Positions 25,453 to 39,559 are shown, counted from the first letter of the stretch. The stretch: 64,000 nt of DNA from Octopus sinensis (GCF_006345805.1 NW_021832123.1:124001-188000); one strand, 5' to 3'. Translations and numbers: made by a program. Notes: a model not told the origin generated them from the letters alone.

Positions 25453-27899
25453 ATGACCCAAGGCCAGCCTTGTGTGACAGGAATATCCCCCCTCAATGGA
25501 ACACCAGGAACCAAAATAACAATCCGGGGACAAAATTTTGGCCAAAAAGACACAGATCTGGTGTCAGTCTCCATATGTGGAATCGACTGTACCCTCTCCG
25601 CAGAGTGGCTGTCCCCCACCAAAATAACAGCCCGTCCTGGAAACTCCCCAGGAACAGGCGACATAATAATCACCACCAGAAATGGCCTGGTTGGCATTTC
25701 CCACCTCCAATTCACATGTCACGTGCCCGAGAACATTGGTCTGCTGGAGGAGGCAGGCTGCTGGGTAGACGAGGATGAGGCCAATTCCATTTCCATAGAA
25801 GTAGACGTCCTCAAAGTCCTTTCTGACCCACAAATCACTCTCCCTCAAGAAGAATGTAACATAAACAGCCCACTCTTCGACCCAGAGATATATATATCCC
25901 AAATATACTCCTCTGTCCCATTCTATCAACTGGAATCTGGCCTACAAGTCCTGAAAGACTACCTTCAGCCAGGAAACAAAGACCCTTTGGCCTTTTATAA
26001 GAAGAATCTCTCAGTCTACTTCGACAGCTACCGACGACTGGTCAGACTGGCCCAGTCCTTCTCCAAACAGGCCGAATTGAACCCAGAATTCTCCTCAATT
26101 TCGCGCCTACAAGAGTACCACGTGGTTGGTTTAATTTGAAGTGATGTTTCGCGCTCTTTTTCGTCACTTTTATCCCGCCAAAATAAAGTGGAGAAATGTC
26201 GACAGTTGGTGACCCATTTTAATCGATGGAGGAATATTTTCACTCTTCCCTCCATTTTGGATAACCATATAAAGCGCGGGAATTACCAGCAGGCTATTGA
26301 TGAGTTCCACAAGGCGGCTGTTTTTAAGGAGGGAAGGGTCCCCTCTGTGCTACAGCTTATATACTCCCACTCTGAGAAGATGATTGGGAAATTGAAACAC
26401 AATTTGAGGAATTCTTTGCTCAGTGATCCCTCATTGGGGCTGAAAGAACAGAGGTGTGTCCTCCTGACCAATCTAGTCATGCTTTGGCCATTTCTCAGGA
26501 CCCCCAGTTGGTCAGGGAATTACTGTCAGCTCAATTCGGCCTGATTAGAAAGCAGTTGTCTGTGGATTGTGGTGGTTTTAAGTTTGTTGCTAATTTTCTG
26601 ACTGTTTGGACATGTTGAGTTGGACTAGCAGGGAGATGGGGGAGAGGATTACTGAGTTTATTGCTCTCTGTGAGTTCTGCAGATCCCTGGACTTGGATGG
26701 GGGCATTCCAGGTGGGCATTGTGTGCTCAGACTCAGAATTGACAGAGGACCTCACCACTTCTGTGTTAAAACTGTACATAAATACAACCAGAGACCTGGG
26801 AGAGCACATTGGGAAGATAGCTGACCCAAGCCGGCTGCCTAGACTGAGTATTGGCCTTTATATATGCAGAATGTGCCCTGTATGAACACAGACAGAGTGC
26901 TCTACTCCTGTCGAGTGAGAAGGAAGGGCAGAACATAGGCCGACTGTGCCGGACTACCCGATTGGCCTGTTAATTGAATACAACTCAAGTGTAGGTATGA
27001 ATGCACACGTGAATTGTTGTTGTAAAGAAATTGATGGATTATTAATTGAATACAAGTCATGTTTGGAGTGTGTTGATGTGCTGGATAAAGTGGGGGTATT
27101 CCCTGCCAAGTTGTGTGAGGTCATTTGGGTGTTTATTGAGGTATTGGAGAGTGTGGTTTGTAGAGAGTGGAGACTGCTGTGGTCAGTCCTCTCCCTGGCG
27201 AGTCTGATTTCTTTGGCAGTTCATCCACAGTGGTAGAGTGTGATCTAATGGGAGGTCCCTTTCTGTAGGAGAATGTCTGAACTGCTCAGAGTCTACAGTC
27301 ATGGACTAAAGAGGCTAGTAAAGGAGGAGATGTCGTGGGAGGGGTTGTGTGTAGTGCTGGTGGATGTGGACATGATTGTGGACACAACTCTCCCCAGGAT
27401 TGCAGGCATGTTGGATAAACTTAATTTCCCCTCCATTGATGTGCAGATTGGGGAATTTGTGAAGGCCTGCCAGTAAGGGGACTGTCTTGATTGTAGGCGG
27501 AGGGGGAATGTCCTTTTCAGTCGCCTGGTTAGACAGAGGTGGAGTATTAGTGAGAGTGTCCTTGGGATGAGTTCACATGTGCATATTTTAATGGACAAAA
27601 TTATGTCACTGTGTGCTGAGGTGGCACTTGTTTCCTCCTGTCTGACTAAGAGGGCATTGAGACATTTGTGTGATGACTTTTTGAGTCAGTTGTTCGACAA
27701 GGGAGTGGAGAGAGTGCTCAGTCTGGGTGATTTGGTGGCTTTGAGAGAGATTTGTGGTGGACTGTGTGGAGAGGAGTATCGAGGCAAGTTGGACCAGGAA
27801 ATAGCTGGTCGTGGTCCAGTTGACGTTGACTGTCTTCTTGGGGATTTCCGGCAGAGATTTTCCCTGCAGTTGGAGTGTATTGGCCTGTCTATTGCTTAA
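25453..27899 (+). CDS. EXOC2: Exocyst component Sec5, multi-exon
   Basis: N-terminal IPT/TIG domain PCVTGISPLNGTPGTKITIRGQNFG...ICGIDC; FNRWRNIFTLPSIL..HIKRGNYQQAIDEFHKA; C-terminal FRQRFSLQLECI. Confidence 0.9.
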
Positions 27900-27925
27900 T
27901 TGTGGAATATTTAATAAATTTATAA

Positions 27926-28515
<590 letters not shown>

Positions 28516-29630
28516 TCAAACTTGTTTTCTGGTTAAGTAATCATTTTATTTGTTTGTTAGATTGGAAATTATTTTATACTAGCTCGGCAGCTCGCATCGC
28601 TCACCGCGACCTAGCTCCTGCGGAGGGCCTGTTTCATCAAACAACTATAAGTTTATGTAGATGTATAAAACTACCTGGTTTAATGTAACCCTATTCTATC
28701 GCCTGTTGATAAACGATGTTTGTCGTCCGTCCTTCCTTGGCATATATGAATAAATTTTCTCTTCTGCCTACCCTCGAGCATCCCACATACAGCTGTCCAT
28801 GTGAAAAGCACTCACTCTCTAAAAATAACCCAACTACATTTAATGACTGTCCCTGGGCCTTGTTTATTGTCATTGCACACTTTTTTTTTCATTTTTTGTG
28901 TTTATTTTTTTATATTTAATTTTTTCATTTTTCCTTTGTAATTTCCTTTTTTTTCTCTTTTTGTTTTTTACTGGCGGAAATGGGGCAGGGGGAGATGCGG
29001 CAGGCGGAAATGCGGCAGGCAAGAAAGCGACACACAAAAAGCGACACACAAAAAGATTTAATTAATTACCTTATTAAGCTGACCGTTTTTTCTTCAGCTT
29101 CGTTTTTCCTCCTTCGGTTATCTATTTAAAAAATTATTTTTGAATAATAAAAAAGTTTAGGAAAAGAGGATACCGAAAATAAATTCTATCTTTACGAAAA
29201 ACTCAAGTAAATAGTTAATATTTTTACGCAAATTCTTCTGATTGCGCTGTCAATTGGTGGTAAATTGTGTTAATGGTTGTGCTAATGTGGTTTCAACTAT
29301 CAAAGTGTTTTTCAAAATCTGTTAATTGCACACTCTATTCAAGGTCGTGCGTCAATTGGTGGTAAATTGTGTTAATGATTGTGCTAATGTGGTTTCAACT
29401 ATCAAAGTGGTTTTTCAAAATCTGTTAATTGCACATTCTGTCAAAGTCAAATATGATAATAGCTTTAATTTTGATTCATGGTCGAAAATGATATATGCAT
29501 TTAATTTTAAAGAGAAAAACATAGGATGAATTGAATTTCTTTATCGCGAATAATTGGGAGTTCATCATTGTTAATATTCTCGCTGTCGTTTTCATCAAGG
29601 ATATTCTTAATACGTGAGATTTTTGCCTTG

Positions 29631-31001
29631 AAGGTTTTAATGGACCTCATCATGAATGTCGAGGACATTCGCGGTGTTCATTTTAATCAAAATGCAGAAA
29701 ATTTTTTTTTAATTTTTTTGGGGGGGAAGGTTTTAAGGACCTCATCATGTAAGTCGAGGACATCGTAGTTGTTCATTTTAACCAAAATGCAGAAAATTTT
29801 TTTTTAATTTTTTTGGGGGGGAAGGTTTTAAGGACCTCATCATGTAGTCGAGGACATCGTAGTTATTCATTTTAACCAAAATGCAGAAAATTTTTTTTAA
29901 TTTTTTTGGGGGGAAGGTTTTAAGGACCTCATCATGTAAGTCGAGGACATCGTAGTTGTTCATTTTAACCAAAATGCAGAAAATTTTTTTTTAATTTTTT
30001 TGGGGGGAAGGTTTTAAGGACCTCATCATGTAAGTCGAGGACATCGTAGTTGTTCATTTTAACCAAAATGCAGAAAATTTTTTTTAATTTTTTTGGGGGG
30101 GAAGGTTTTAAGGACCTCATCATGTAAGTCGAGGACATCGTAGTTGTTCATTTTAACCAAAATGCAGAAATTTTTTTTTTAATTTTTTTGGGGGGGAAGG
30201 TTTTAAGGACCTCATTATGTAAGTCGAGGACATCGTAGTTGTTCATTTTAACCAAAATGCAGAAAATTTTTTTTTTAATTTTTTTGGGGGGGAAGGTTTT
30301 AAGGACCTCATCATGTAAGTCGAGGACATCGTAGTTATTCATTTTAACCAAAATGCAGAAAATTTTTTTTTTAATTTTTTTGGGGGGAAGGTTTTAAGGA
30401 CCTCATCATGTAAGTCGAGGACATCGTAGTTGTTCATTTTAACCAAAATGCAGAAAATTTTTTTTTTAATTTTTTTTGGGGGGGAAGGTTTTAAGGACCT
30501 CATCATGTAAGTCGAGGACATCGTAGTTGTTCATTTTAACCAAAATGCAGAAAATTTTTTTTTTAATTTTTTTTGGGGGGGAAGGTTTTAAGGACCTCAT
30601 TATGTAAGTCGAGGACATCGTAGTTGTTCATTTTAACCAAAATGCAGAAATTTTTTTTTTTAATTTTTTTGGGGGGGAAGGTTTTAAGGACCTCATCATG
30701 TAAGTCGAGGACATCGTAGTTATTCATTTTAACCAAAATGCAGAAAATTTTTTTTTAATTTTTTTGGGGGGAAGGTTTTAAGGACCTCATCATGTAAGTC
30801 GAGGACATCGTAGTTGTTCATTTTAACCAAAATGCAGAAAATTTTTTTTTTAATTTTTTTTGGGGGGAAGGTTTTAAGGACCTCATCATGTAAGTCGAGG
30901 ACATCGTAGTTGTTCATTTTGACCAAAACGCAGAAAAATTTTTTTTAATTTTTTTGGGGGGAAGGTTTTAAGGACCTCATCATGTAAGTCGAGGACATCG
31001 T
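29631..31001. repeat. ~95-bp tandem repeat, about 14-15 copies, differing mainly in T/G homopolymer length
   Basis: Unit aaggttttaaggacctcatcatgtaagtcgaggacatcgtagttgttcattttaaccaaaatgcagaaaa(t)naa(t)n(g)n. Confidence 0.95.
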
Positions 31002-31024
31002 ATTGCCAATTTGAAGTTGGTGTG

Positions 31025-31081
31025 CACACACAGACAGACAGACAGACACACAGACAGACAGACAGACAGACAGACACACAC
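31025..31081. repeat. (GACA/CA)n microsatellite near the Helitron 5' end
   Basis: cacacacagacagacagacagacaca... Confidence 0.9.
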
Positions 31082-31104
31082 CATACCATTTTATTATTAA
31101 GATA

Positions 31105-32720
31105 TTAAAAAAGGAATTACACATCGATAAAGAAAACGATTTCCTTGCCCCATACAGACCTTCGGGAAGTTAGGCAATAATAAGCGACTCAAAGGTCTAA
31201 TAAAAAGACAAATAGGATGGGGGACAGACTACCCCCTCTCTATGCGCACATCTTGAATGTACTTGCCATTTAGCATTGATTTGATTGACTCAACAAACTT
31301 AACAATCCATCCAGTTAGACCAGACTTTTCCAAAATCTGTATCAGAAAATCGTGATCTACTGAATCAAATGCTTTTTTGACGTTGATCCGTGCAGCATGG
31401 AGTTTGTAGCCATTCGCTTTGTTTAACTCTTTGTTCACTAATGCTTGTTCTTTTGCCCCTTGGCACAATTTCCTTGCTCCCAGTTGATATTCAGAGAGCT
31501 TCTACAAAATCGCCAAGCTTGATATTTACACATTTAGTCATCAGTTTATAGAAAGCCGGCATACATGTTACAAGCAGTAACTTTTTTGGGGACACCGGGT
31601 TTTCACACTTCAGATGTGTCACCCCTGTGTAAAACCAGTCTCCAGGAGTAGTTTCTCCATTTATGACATTAAGCATCTTTTGGAAGATTGACTCATGAAG
31701 TGATGTGAACTTGTACAGGAAAAAAATTAATACACACCATCGCAGTCTGGGGCCTTCCAAATATTTAACGATCTCCTGAAATAAACATTTCGAGACTTGA
31801 CTGTTACGCCTTCTACTCCAGCCATCCTCTTCTCAATCTCCACCATCTGACCACTCAACTGTTTTCCGCCACATATTCTCTCAATATATTCCACACTCTT
31901 CACTATCCACTTGGATAAGGTCTCTTTCCTCCCTTCAATCCTAAAAGGTTTTCCGATTAAGTTCAAATTTGTGATTAGTCGGAATCCTTTTCTTGTATCG
32001 TGCGTAAATAACCTCTTTTAATTAATTTATTTATTATTTATTTATAACCCCCAAGCTTGCACAACATGGCAAGCCCAGCACAAACAGTGACAACTAACTA
32101 ATCAAATGAAGGAGCAAGGAACGAAGGGATTGCTTGTGCCGATCAACATTAGCCTCCAAATCTTCATTACAGCCATCCGTCTCCAAAGAGAGGTGGGGAA
32201 TTTCTGGTATGCCCAGTTCCCATTTGTCAGCCTCCTACCGTAGCTCACCGCACTTCATTTGAATCCGGACGGGTTTTTGTGGAATATTTAATACGGGTTT
32301 TCCGGACCTCTTTTAATCAACATGACTCTTTCATTTATTAAGGAGATTATTCTTGCTTTTTTTCCCGAGTTTTTCTTTTTATATCCAACCAGGGATAATG
32401 CATGGCAAGAGACTTTTCTTCAGTCGTGAGTGATTTTGCAAATAACTTGTTCTCCACTGCTCAATTTTCCCTCAATACTCCAATTAGACTTTTAAACATT
32501 TTTCATACTCAATATTTGATAGCACACTTATACTATTGTCGAAATCTATTCCAGTGGGTTAAGTGGATTCTCATTGATATAGGCCACACGATTAAGACAC
32601 TCCAATAAGGAGAGGCTCAATTTGGAATCTTTTTTGTACAGAGGAAATCCGTCTTGTTAGACTTCTCTGCATAGTTGCTTTTTAAGGGAATATTCCAGGT
32701 TTCTATATTCGGATAGGGTG
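31105..32720 (-). mobile_element. RLE-type retrotransposon remnant (N-terminal region + RT)
   Basis: WKAPDCDGVY, DWFYTGVTHL, CMPAFYKLMTKCV, CQGAKEQAL, NVKKAFDSVDH; many frameshifts. Confidence 0.8.
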
Positions 32721-32883
32721 ATTGTATATTTAAATTTAGAAACAAGTCACAACAGACACAAATAATAAGATTCGTTTCCCTAACATTATATATTTATACG
32801 TTATAAAATAATATTAATAAAACATTTTAATAAAAATATTTATAATAAAATAAAAGCTGACGTATTGAGTTTAGGTGGGATTA

Positions 32884-33618
32884 ATGGTGTTATGTACAAT
32901 GATTGGAAGGATCGGTGACGGACTGCCACTCTGTGCCTCAACACAGGATGACAACGACGTACTCAACCCTTACCAACTAAACTAGACAGACTGTGACATA
33001 ATTGTCTACCAAAACAAGGCAAAACAGCTATTTCGAACTCTGGGACCCCAACATGAACCCAAAATGTTTTCCCTCGTTTCAGGAAAGTTCATTTTCCAGT
33101 AAAATATCTCACTAAATTACCACATAGTTGCCTAATAAATCACAAGGTCTGCCACTGCGTTCTCTGCAGGCCACTTTTCCCCAAAAAAGTGGCCTTTTCG
33201 TACCTCGAGGACATTTCGGAGGAATTCCACCGTAATTACGGAAACATGGTCGAACAGGCCCGCCGGACATACGCGTTCATCGAATTTGGTTGGGTGACCA
33301 TGTTGAGTGGCAGATATATACCTGCAGAAGGTGAAGAGTCGGTTCAGAGGGGGGGAGATGAGACACCTGGCCAATGAATTGAGCGATATTTCGAGTATTT
33401 TGGTGGGGAATATTGAGGATATTCTGGACAGACAGCAGACTTTGCAGAGTAAGGGGAGTTTGAGGAGTTTAGCTCTCGAGAACAGTACTCAGGACATGAG
33501 GAATTATTCTAATTTGTACAAGAATGAGGCCAGTAGGCTGAATCGGTCTTCCTGGACGTGGGCTTTGGTCTTTTTGGTAGCATTTATTTTGATTTTCTTT
33601 TATTTATTTAAATCTTGA
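32884..33618 (+). CDS. SEC22B: Vesicle-trafficking SNARE Sec22 (longin + SNARE + TM), 5 exons
   Basis: MVLCTMIGRIGDGLPLCAS, FSYLEDISEEF, RTYAFIEF|DIYLQK, C-terminal TM; introns 32959-32985, 33289-33313, 33449-33472 and one near 33100. Confidence 0.92.
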
Positions 33619-34149
33619 GAATTATATTTTAAATGGGTTTTCAGAGTATTAGTATTTAAGCATTAATGGCGAAGCTTCTAACTTTAGCTTTTAAACTAAG
33701 CAATCATTCACCATTTTACGGAAATTACATTTTTTAAGAATCAAAGTTCTACTCATTTTTTTTAGAAATCTTTATTCTTTTTTTTTAATTAAGACAACGA
33801 AAATCGTTAAGTCCCAGCGGCAAGGACGCGTTGTGCGTTGCCACAAACAATGGCCAGGCCGATGCGCTGGCGGAACCAGAGGCCCTCTCTCGTGTCCTTG
33901 AGCCTCCTCCCGATGGACTGCCCGAGTTCTACTCATTAATTGTTATTTTCTACTCGGGAAAGGAAACATATTTGAGTATTTTTTATAAAGAGTTACATTG
34001 TGCAATCGTTTTTTGATATTTTTAAACTCTAATTCGCTGTTGACATTTTCAGAAATGACTAAACATTTCCATTCAGAGAATATACTTTTTATTGGATTCA
34101 TGAAAGGAGAGTATGGTGGTGAATATTCAAGTTTAAAATTTGAAATGAC

Positions 34150-34800
34150 TTAAGTTAATACTTTAAGTTTGATCATAATTGAGTTCACGCTTGTTGGTAG
34201 TGAAGAGCGTTGCGGTCGATTTAGAGAATGAGCTGGTTAATGGTAAACCAGGCAGCAATGGAATACAGATGAGATTGTAAGTGGTTGTTGGCCGTTGAAT
34301 AATTGCTATCTCTTGATGCAATGATCTGGAAGCCTTGCGGGATCCCATTTGGTAGATATTGAAAGTGAGATGTGTATCCTCTGACTTCTGTTTGGCCAAA
34401 GCAGCCCGATAAAAAGATTGTTAGCCAACGTTTCAGGATTGTTGGAATAGTCATAGCAATTTTATTACTCAGAACAGGTCTCGAAGTGCGATCAAAAAGA
34501 TTAATGAGATCGACCGATACAATTATAGTTCTTTGAGGAGATTTAAAATTGTTAAATCAGTTTGCGATTATTTGAGTTAAGGTTTTTAATTGTGTTGTCG
34601 TGGAACAGTGTGGACAAAATTTTGCAAATGGAAGAAGAGGATAAATCATTTTCAATACAAATCTTTCAATGATTTTTGAAACAACTGATAAAAGCGAGAT
34701 TGGTCGATATGATGCTAGGTTTTTGGAATCTCTGTTTAGTTTCAGAATGGAAACAATACAGAATTTATTTTAGATCATCGGAATTTGTCAGAGGTTTGGA
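34150..34800 (-). mobile_element. Degenerate APE-type LINE RT fragment
   Basis: YRPISLLSVVSKIIE, IIVSVDL..FD, LKRWLTIFLSG, PNGIPQG motifs. Confidence 0.7.
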
Positions 34801-35301
34801 GTCTTAAAGTTTAAGATATCTGTTAATAGCACTCGGAGTGATATTTATCCGATAAACAGCATGTCTTTTCCACTACGAGGATTGCCTTAAATATCTCCCG
34901 ATTTTCTCAATTGACAAAGTATTCGGCTTATGGAGGATAGTAACTTATTTCTTTGTTAGATTTCCATTAATTGAATGTTAAACAATCAGTTTTTTGATTA
35001 AAATGGATATTTTATTTCCTTTTTGTCCATATATAGCTTTTAAATCAACACCGAATTTACCGAAAAACGTTAATGCTTGTTTAAATGCGGTCTAAAAGCT
35101 AATGTTTAGAGCATTGACATTAATGCTTGATGACTCAACATTAAATGATTTATGCGTCAACACTAATGCTTGCTATTTCGACGTTAAAGCTCGGAAAATG
35201 TTATATTATTAAAAAATTAATTAGTTTTTTTAATTTGTTGGTTAACCTGGAATTATAATAAGTATATTAGTTGACATAAATAATCTTCTTTTTTGTTACT
35301 A

Positions 35302-37551
35302 ATGAGGAAGAGTGTTTTTAAGGACAAAATTCAGCAACCGACTGCCCTTCTACCTCTGGAATTCACGGAATGTGTTCAAGACTTCCCTTCATTCCGTCTC
35401 AAATTACAAGACCACGAAAATTCGTTGAATACCACTTCAAAGGAAATAAAAACAATCAGAAAACACATTCGCTCAGTCATAAAATCCCACCATGGCACAT
35501 TTCTTGCTAAAACCCCAGAAATGAGTGACAACATGTCCATGCTTTCCTCCTGTCTCAAAAACTTAAATATCCGAAGGGCAGGTCAAGTCTCTGAAGAGGA
35601 GTCCGTGATTGGTTGTTTGTGCGGTCATTTTGGCAGCTGACTCATTTGTCGAATATTCCTCGGTTTTTGGTGAAATTGAACGTTTTCGAGCAGATTTGGT
35701 TTTTTGTGTTTAAACACGTGCCAGGTCGTGTCTCTCCTGGAGGACGTCAAACGTTTGGAAGAAAGTCACAAAGCCAAACTGAATCTTCTCGCGGTGTGGT
35801 CGAGTTCACTATTTGTAGGAAAAGAAAAAGAAATATGAAAAGGAATTGGCCAAATGTGATAAAATATCAGAAACATTTGTCCGATCGAGTGTGCAGAGCG
35901 ACGAAGTAGAATCTCCTGTCATGTCTAGTTGATCAGAAATACTCAATTCCAGCGAAATATGCTGCACATTGCTTCGACTGACTTGGTCATGACGATAAAC
36001 CTTCTCCACAACTTTTATAGACTGGGATTCTTCGAGATGGTGAGGTTGTGGGTTATTCCAGATGTACATTGTGTTCTCCCAGTTCAAGAACTTTTACGAA
36101 ATTGGTGTTTTTGTTTCAATATTTCAGTTGCCGAGACGTTTAGTGAAAAGAGCGAATTTTTGACAAAAATGCAGGGCAATCTCCAAACGGTGATTGTTCT
36201 CCGTCACTTTTAGATGACCGTCAACACTCTGAAGGACAACGAGAAGGCACTCGTTCTCATGGACGAGACCATCAAGAACCCCTACAAGATCACCGACGAC
36301 GGAATCTTCTTCGGCTACTTGCACGTGGAGGAAAAAGCTAACAAAAAGAAACTTCAATTCGGTGAGGAAATCTGGTCATTTCAGGCGGAATTAAGAAATA
36401 TTTCTGCACATACATAAAAAAGAGTTGCACTCTGCAGAGGACGGACATTAGCGACAACACGGTAGGCTGAGGGGTCACATTGCAGTGCGAGAGTGTCCTG
36501 GTCGGGAGGTGTCGGCCCAGTACGTCTAATGTGTTTGCATTTGATGTCTTCACTGAGTCCACGTTATTTGTTATTGGAGTATTTTAGAATGGATTACACG
36601 ACCTATATTGTTTTGACTGAGGCGGAGTTCACTAATTGGTGTATTATTCTAGGAATGCCTACCAAAGCCCGTCCTGTCGAGGTAGTTTGTCAAGCTGACA
36701 TTTAGAGCGACTCTTCAGAACAGCAATGTTGTCATTTTTTGTCACTTTCAGATGAAGTTGAGGATCATTCGGTCGTGTTTGTCGAGGAATGTATTCGCAT
36801 TATCGAGGAGTCAGATATTGGTTTGTTATTCCACTAACTTTAGGACTCGATTTCGTCGGTCTTCACCGCATTGAGGGGTCTCGGGATAGACGAATAGCAC
36901 TAGTCGAATTGGGGGCTAGTTTGTGTTTCTTTACTAACACAACCAGACCCCAATACGTTTGACCGATTCAGGAAATTAGTGGAGAGTTGTCAAACCTCTC
37001 AGACCGACATGACCTCCTGTTTAAAAAACTATCTCAGGTCTCTGAGCACGCCACTCATATCCTCGAGTGACCTGTCCAAGATGAAATTGATTCTCGGTTG
37101 TGTTTGGGATCCTGACTTGCTTAGGGAAATGTGCTGAACGTCATTTGCAAGTCAACTTTATGAGGTTAATTTATGAGAAAATGCCTCGAATTCAAAAAGC
37201 TGTGTTAAAGAAGGTTCTTGAGCATCTCAGCAGGTGCTTGTTGAATTTATTGGGAGAGTGTGTTCGAACTGCGAGGTCAATATGATGACCCTCGACAACG
37301 TGGCCATGTGTCTGACCCCTTCTCTGACTCGAATGCAGATGGAGTCCCTCGGCGACATTAACAAAATGACGGCAATCTTTGACTGCATTAAATTCTGCAT
37401 TAATCACTGCAATCAGGTCGTGCATTGTTTTATATGTCAGATATTTGAGAAAATGGACGCGGCTGAGCATAAAACACTTAATCAGCAGGTTTGCTTTCTT
37501 TCCACATTTGTAGTTATCTTCATTCTTGAATACTTACCAAGCGATAATTAA
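35302..37551 (+). CDS. GRAF/oligophrenin family BAR-PH-RhoGAP, multi-exon, 3' end approximate
   Basis: LLPLEFTECVQDFPSFRLKLQDHENSL resembles LPALEFSDCCLDSPHFRETLKSHEAEL; RhoGAP GLHRIEG, LKNYLRSL..PL, NMMTLDNVAMCLTPSL. Confidence 0.85.
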
Positions 37552-38122
37552 GCAATAAATTGGCTTTACTATTGTTATTCTATTTATGATAAGTATTTTG
37601 TTTTCTTATTTCCACAATGGACTTGTCATTTTTAAGTATAGTAATGACAGCAATAGCCAGGAACTGTCAGTGACTATCTTTATGGTCAGCAAGTGTGTTG
37701 TGTCTATTTCTTACATCAACGGACGGCAATATAATTAATAAAATCAGTCTTATAGCATAGCTAACGATAATTAACTTTTCCAATGTTCACGAAATTATCC
37801 ATTTTGAGGCCAAAAGTTTTTCTACGTGAACCATTTAGGAAGCAAACAATGGAAGAATTGCTGTCTTTTTGAAGTTGTGTGGTCAGAAGACGGGATGTCA
37901 TTAAAAAATGTCACAAGGTTATTAAAAAACTTATTTGCGGAGTTTAATTTGATTTGATTTTTTAAATGATATCTTAGAAGGTATTTATTTTGAAGATGAA
38001 TGAAATTAATTTATAAAATAAAATTCTTGTTGAGGTTGTAGTTATACATAAACAAACAATTTGCGGTTTTAAAGAAAAATTATTTATTTATTTCAATTAT
38101 CTTTAAAAAATAGACATTAAAC

Positions 38123-39559
38123 ATGTTGAGAGGAAATTGTGTCAAAACATTATCCAAAGCACTCTCTACACGAGCACCGAGACTAAACCCAATCACTTAT
38201 CTGACAGAAGAGGAAACATTGATACAAAAAAACGGTGAATTCTCCTTAGAGTCTTATCAATACATAGTGGCCACCTTCTCCCGAGAAATCCTTAAGCCCC
38301 GAGTACTGGAAATGGACAAGCAAGGATTCATAGACAGTCAAGTCCTCGAAGAAGGATTCAAAAACGGGGTTTAGTCTCAAATAAACCCAAATCGAGCAGA
38401 TTTTTAGCATAGAAATAAGCGAGGACATGGGTGGCTGTGGAGCCAGTTTTTTTGCCAGTATTTTGGCCATTGAACAAATCTCGATGGTCGATTGCTCGTT
38501 TTCGGTAGTCTGTGATGTCCAAAACACATTAATCATAACATTGCTCAAGAAATATGCCTCCTCCAAACTAAAGGACAAGTATTTCCCACGTCTAGCCAAG
38601 GATACGGTTTGTTGGCCTCGATTTTGAGGGCAGATTGGCTCGTTTTGTCTTTCAGAGACGAATTCTGGGTCTGATGCCTTTTCTCTCCAAACGAAAGCCC
38701 AGGAAACACCGAATGGGGATTTTGTGCTGAATGGAGCAAAAATGTGGATCACAAATGCCTCGATTGCTGGCATGTTTGTGGTATTCGCCACCATAAACCC
38801 AGAATTAGTACTTTTTGTGGGGTCAGTGTAGGGCTATAGGGGGATAAGCTGTTTTCTGGTTGATGGGAACTCGGAAGGCCTTTCTGTGGGTCCCCCAGAG
38901 GATAAGTTAGGTCTAAGGGCCTCTGGGACTTGTCCTGTGTATTTTGATAATGTTTTGGTGCCGAGAGATCACGTGATTGGTGAGTTGGGGAAGGGATATA
39001 AATATGCAATCGACATCCTCAATGAAGGAAGGATCGCGATTGGGGCACAGGTGTAGTCAAGCCCACATTTTAGATGGTTGGACTGGCGGAGGGATGTCTG
39101 GGGATTGCCTTGGAGTATGCCAAGGACAGAAAGCAGTTCAATCAGTCAATTCTTGACTTTCAAGTTTAATAAATTTAATATACGGCAGGCAGTCCAGCAT
39201 TGTATTGCTCAAATGGAGACTCAGATCAGTGCGGGGCGTCTGTTGGTTTACAACACGGCACGGGAACTGATGAATGGTGTGTCTGTGGCCAAGAATGCCG
39301 CAATCACTAAATATTTTACTTCGGAAGTATGTGATTGGCTAATGGGGTAGATGGCTGGTCGAGTTGCATCGCAGTCTGTTGATTTGATGGGAGGAATGGG
39401 GTACATTAAGGACTCTTTGGTCGAAAAATTCTACCGAGATGTGAAAATTGGTGAGTGTCGTGGAATATTGCAGGGACTATATATGAGGGGACGTCTAATA
39501 TTCAGTTGAACACAATTGCAAAGTGCATGCTCGCTGATCGGGGACTCATTTCTTCTTAA
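38123..39559 (+). CDS. ACADSB: Short/branched-chain acyl-CoA dehydrogenase, multi-exon
   Basis: [82 protein letters not shown]|[17 protein letters not shown]. Confidence 0.9.

Larger units (their letters stand above)
28579..31102 (-). mobile_element. Non-autonomous Helitron with PIF1 helicase remnant, internal satellite and (CTGT)n microsatellite
   Basis: Minus strand starts A|TCTTAATAATAAAATG...(GTCT)n and ends in a GC-rich imperfect hairpin plus CTAG|T; MTINKAQGQSL...FSHGQLYVGCSRV at 28691-28873. Confidence 0.88.

Noticed and set aside
29631-31001. CRISPR-like array or repeat protein ORFs
   Set aside because: Units are contiguous with no unique spacers, no cas genes, eukaryotic context; homopolymer changes break the frames
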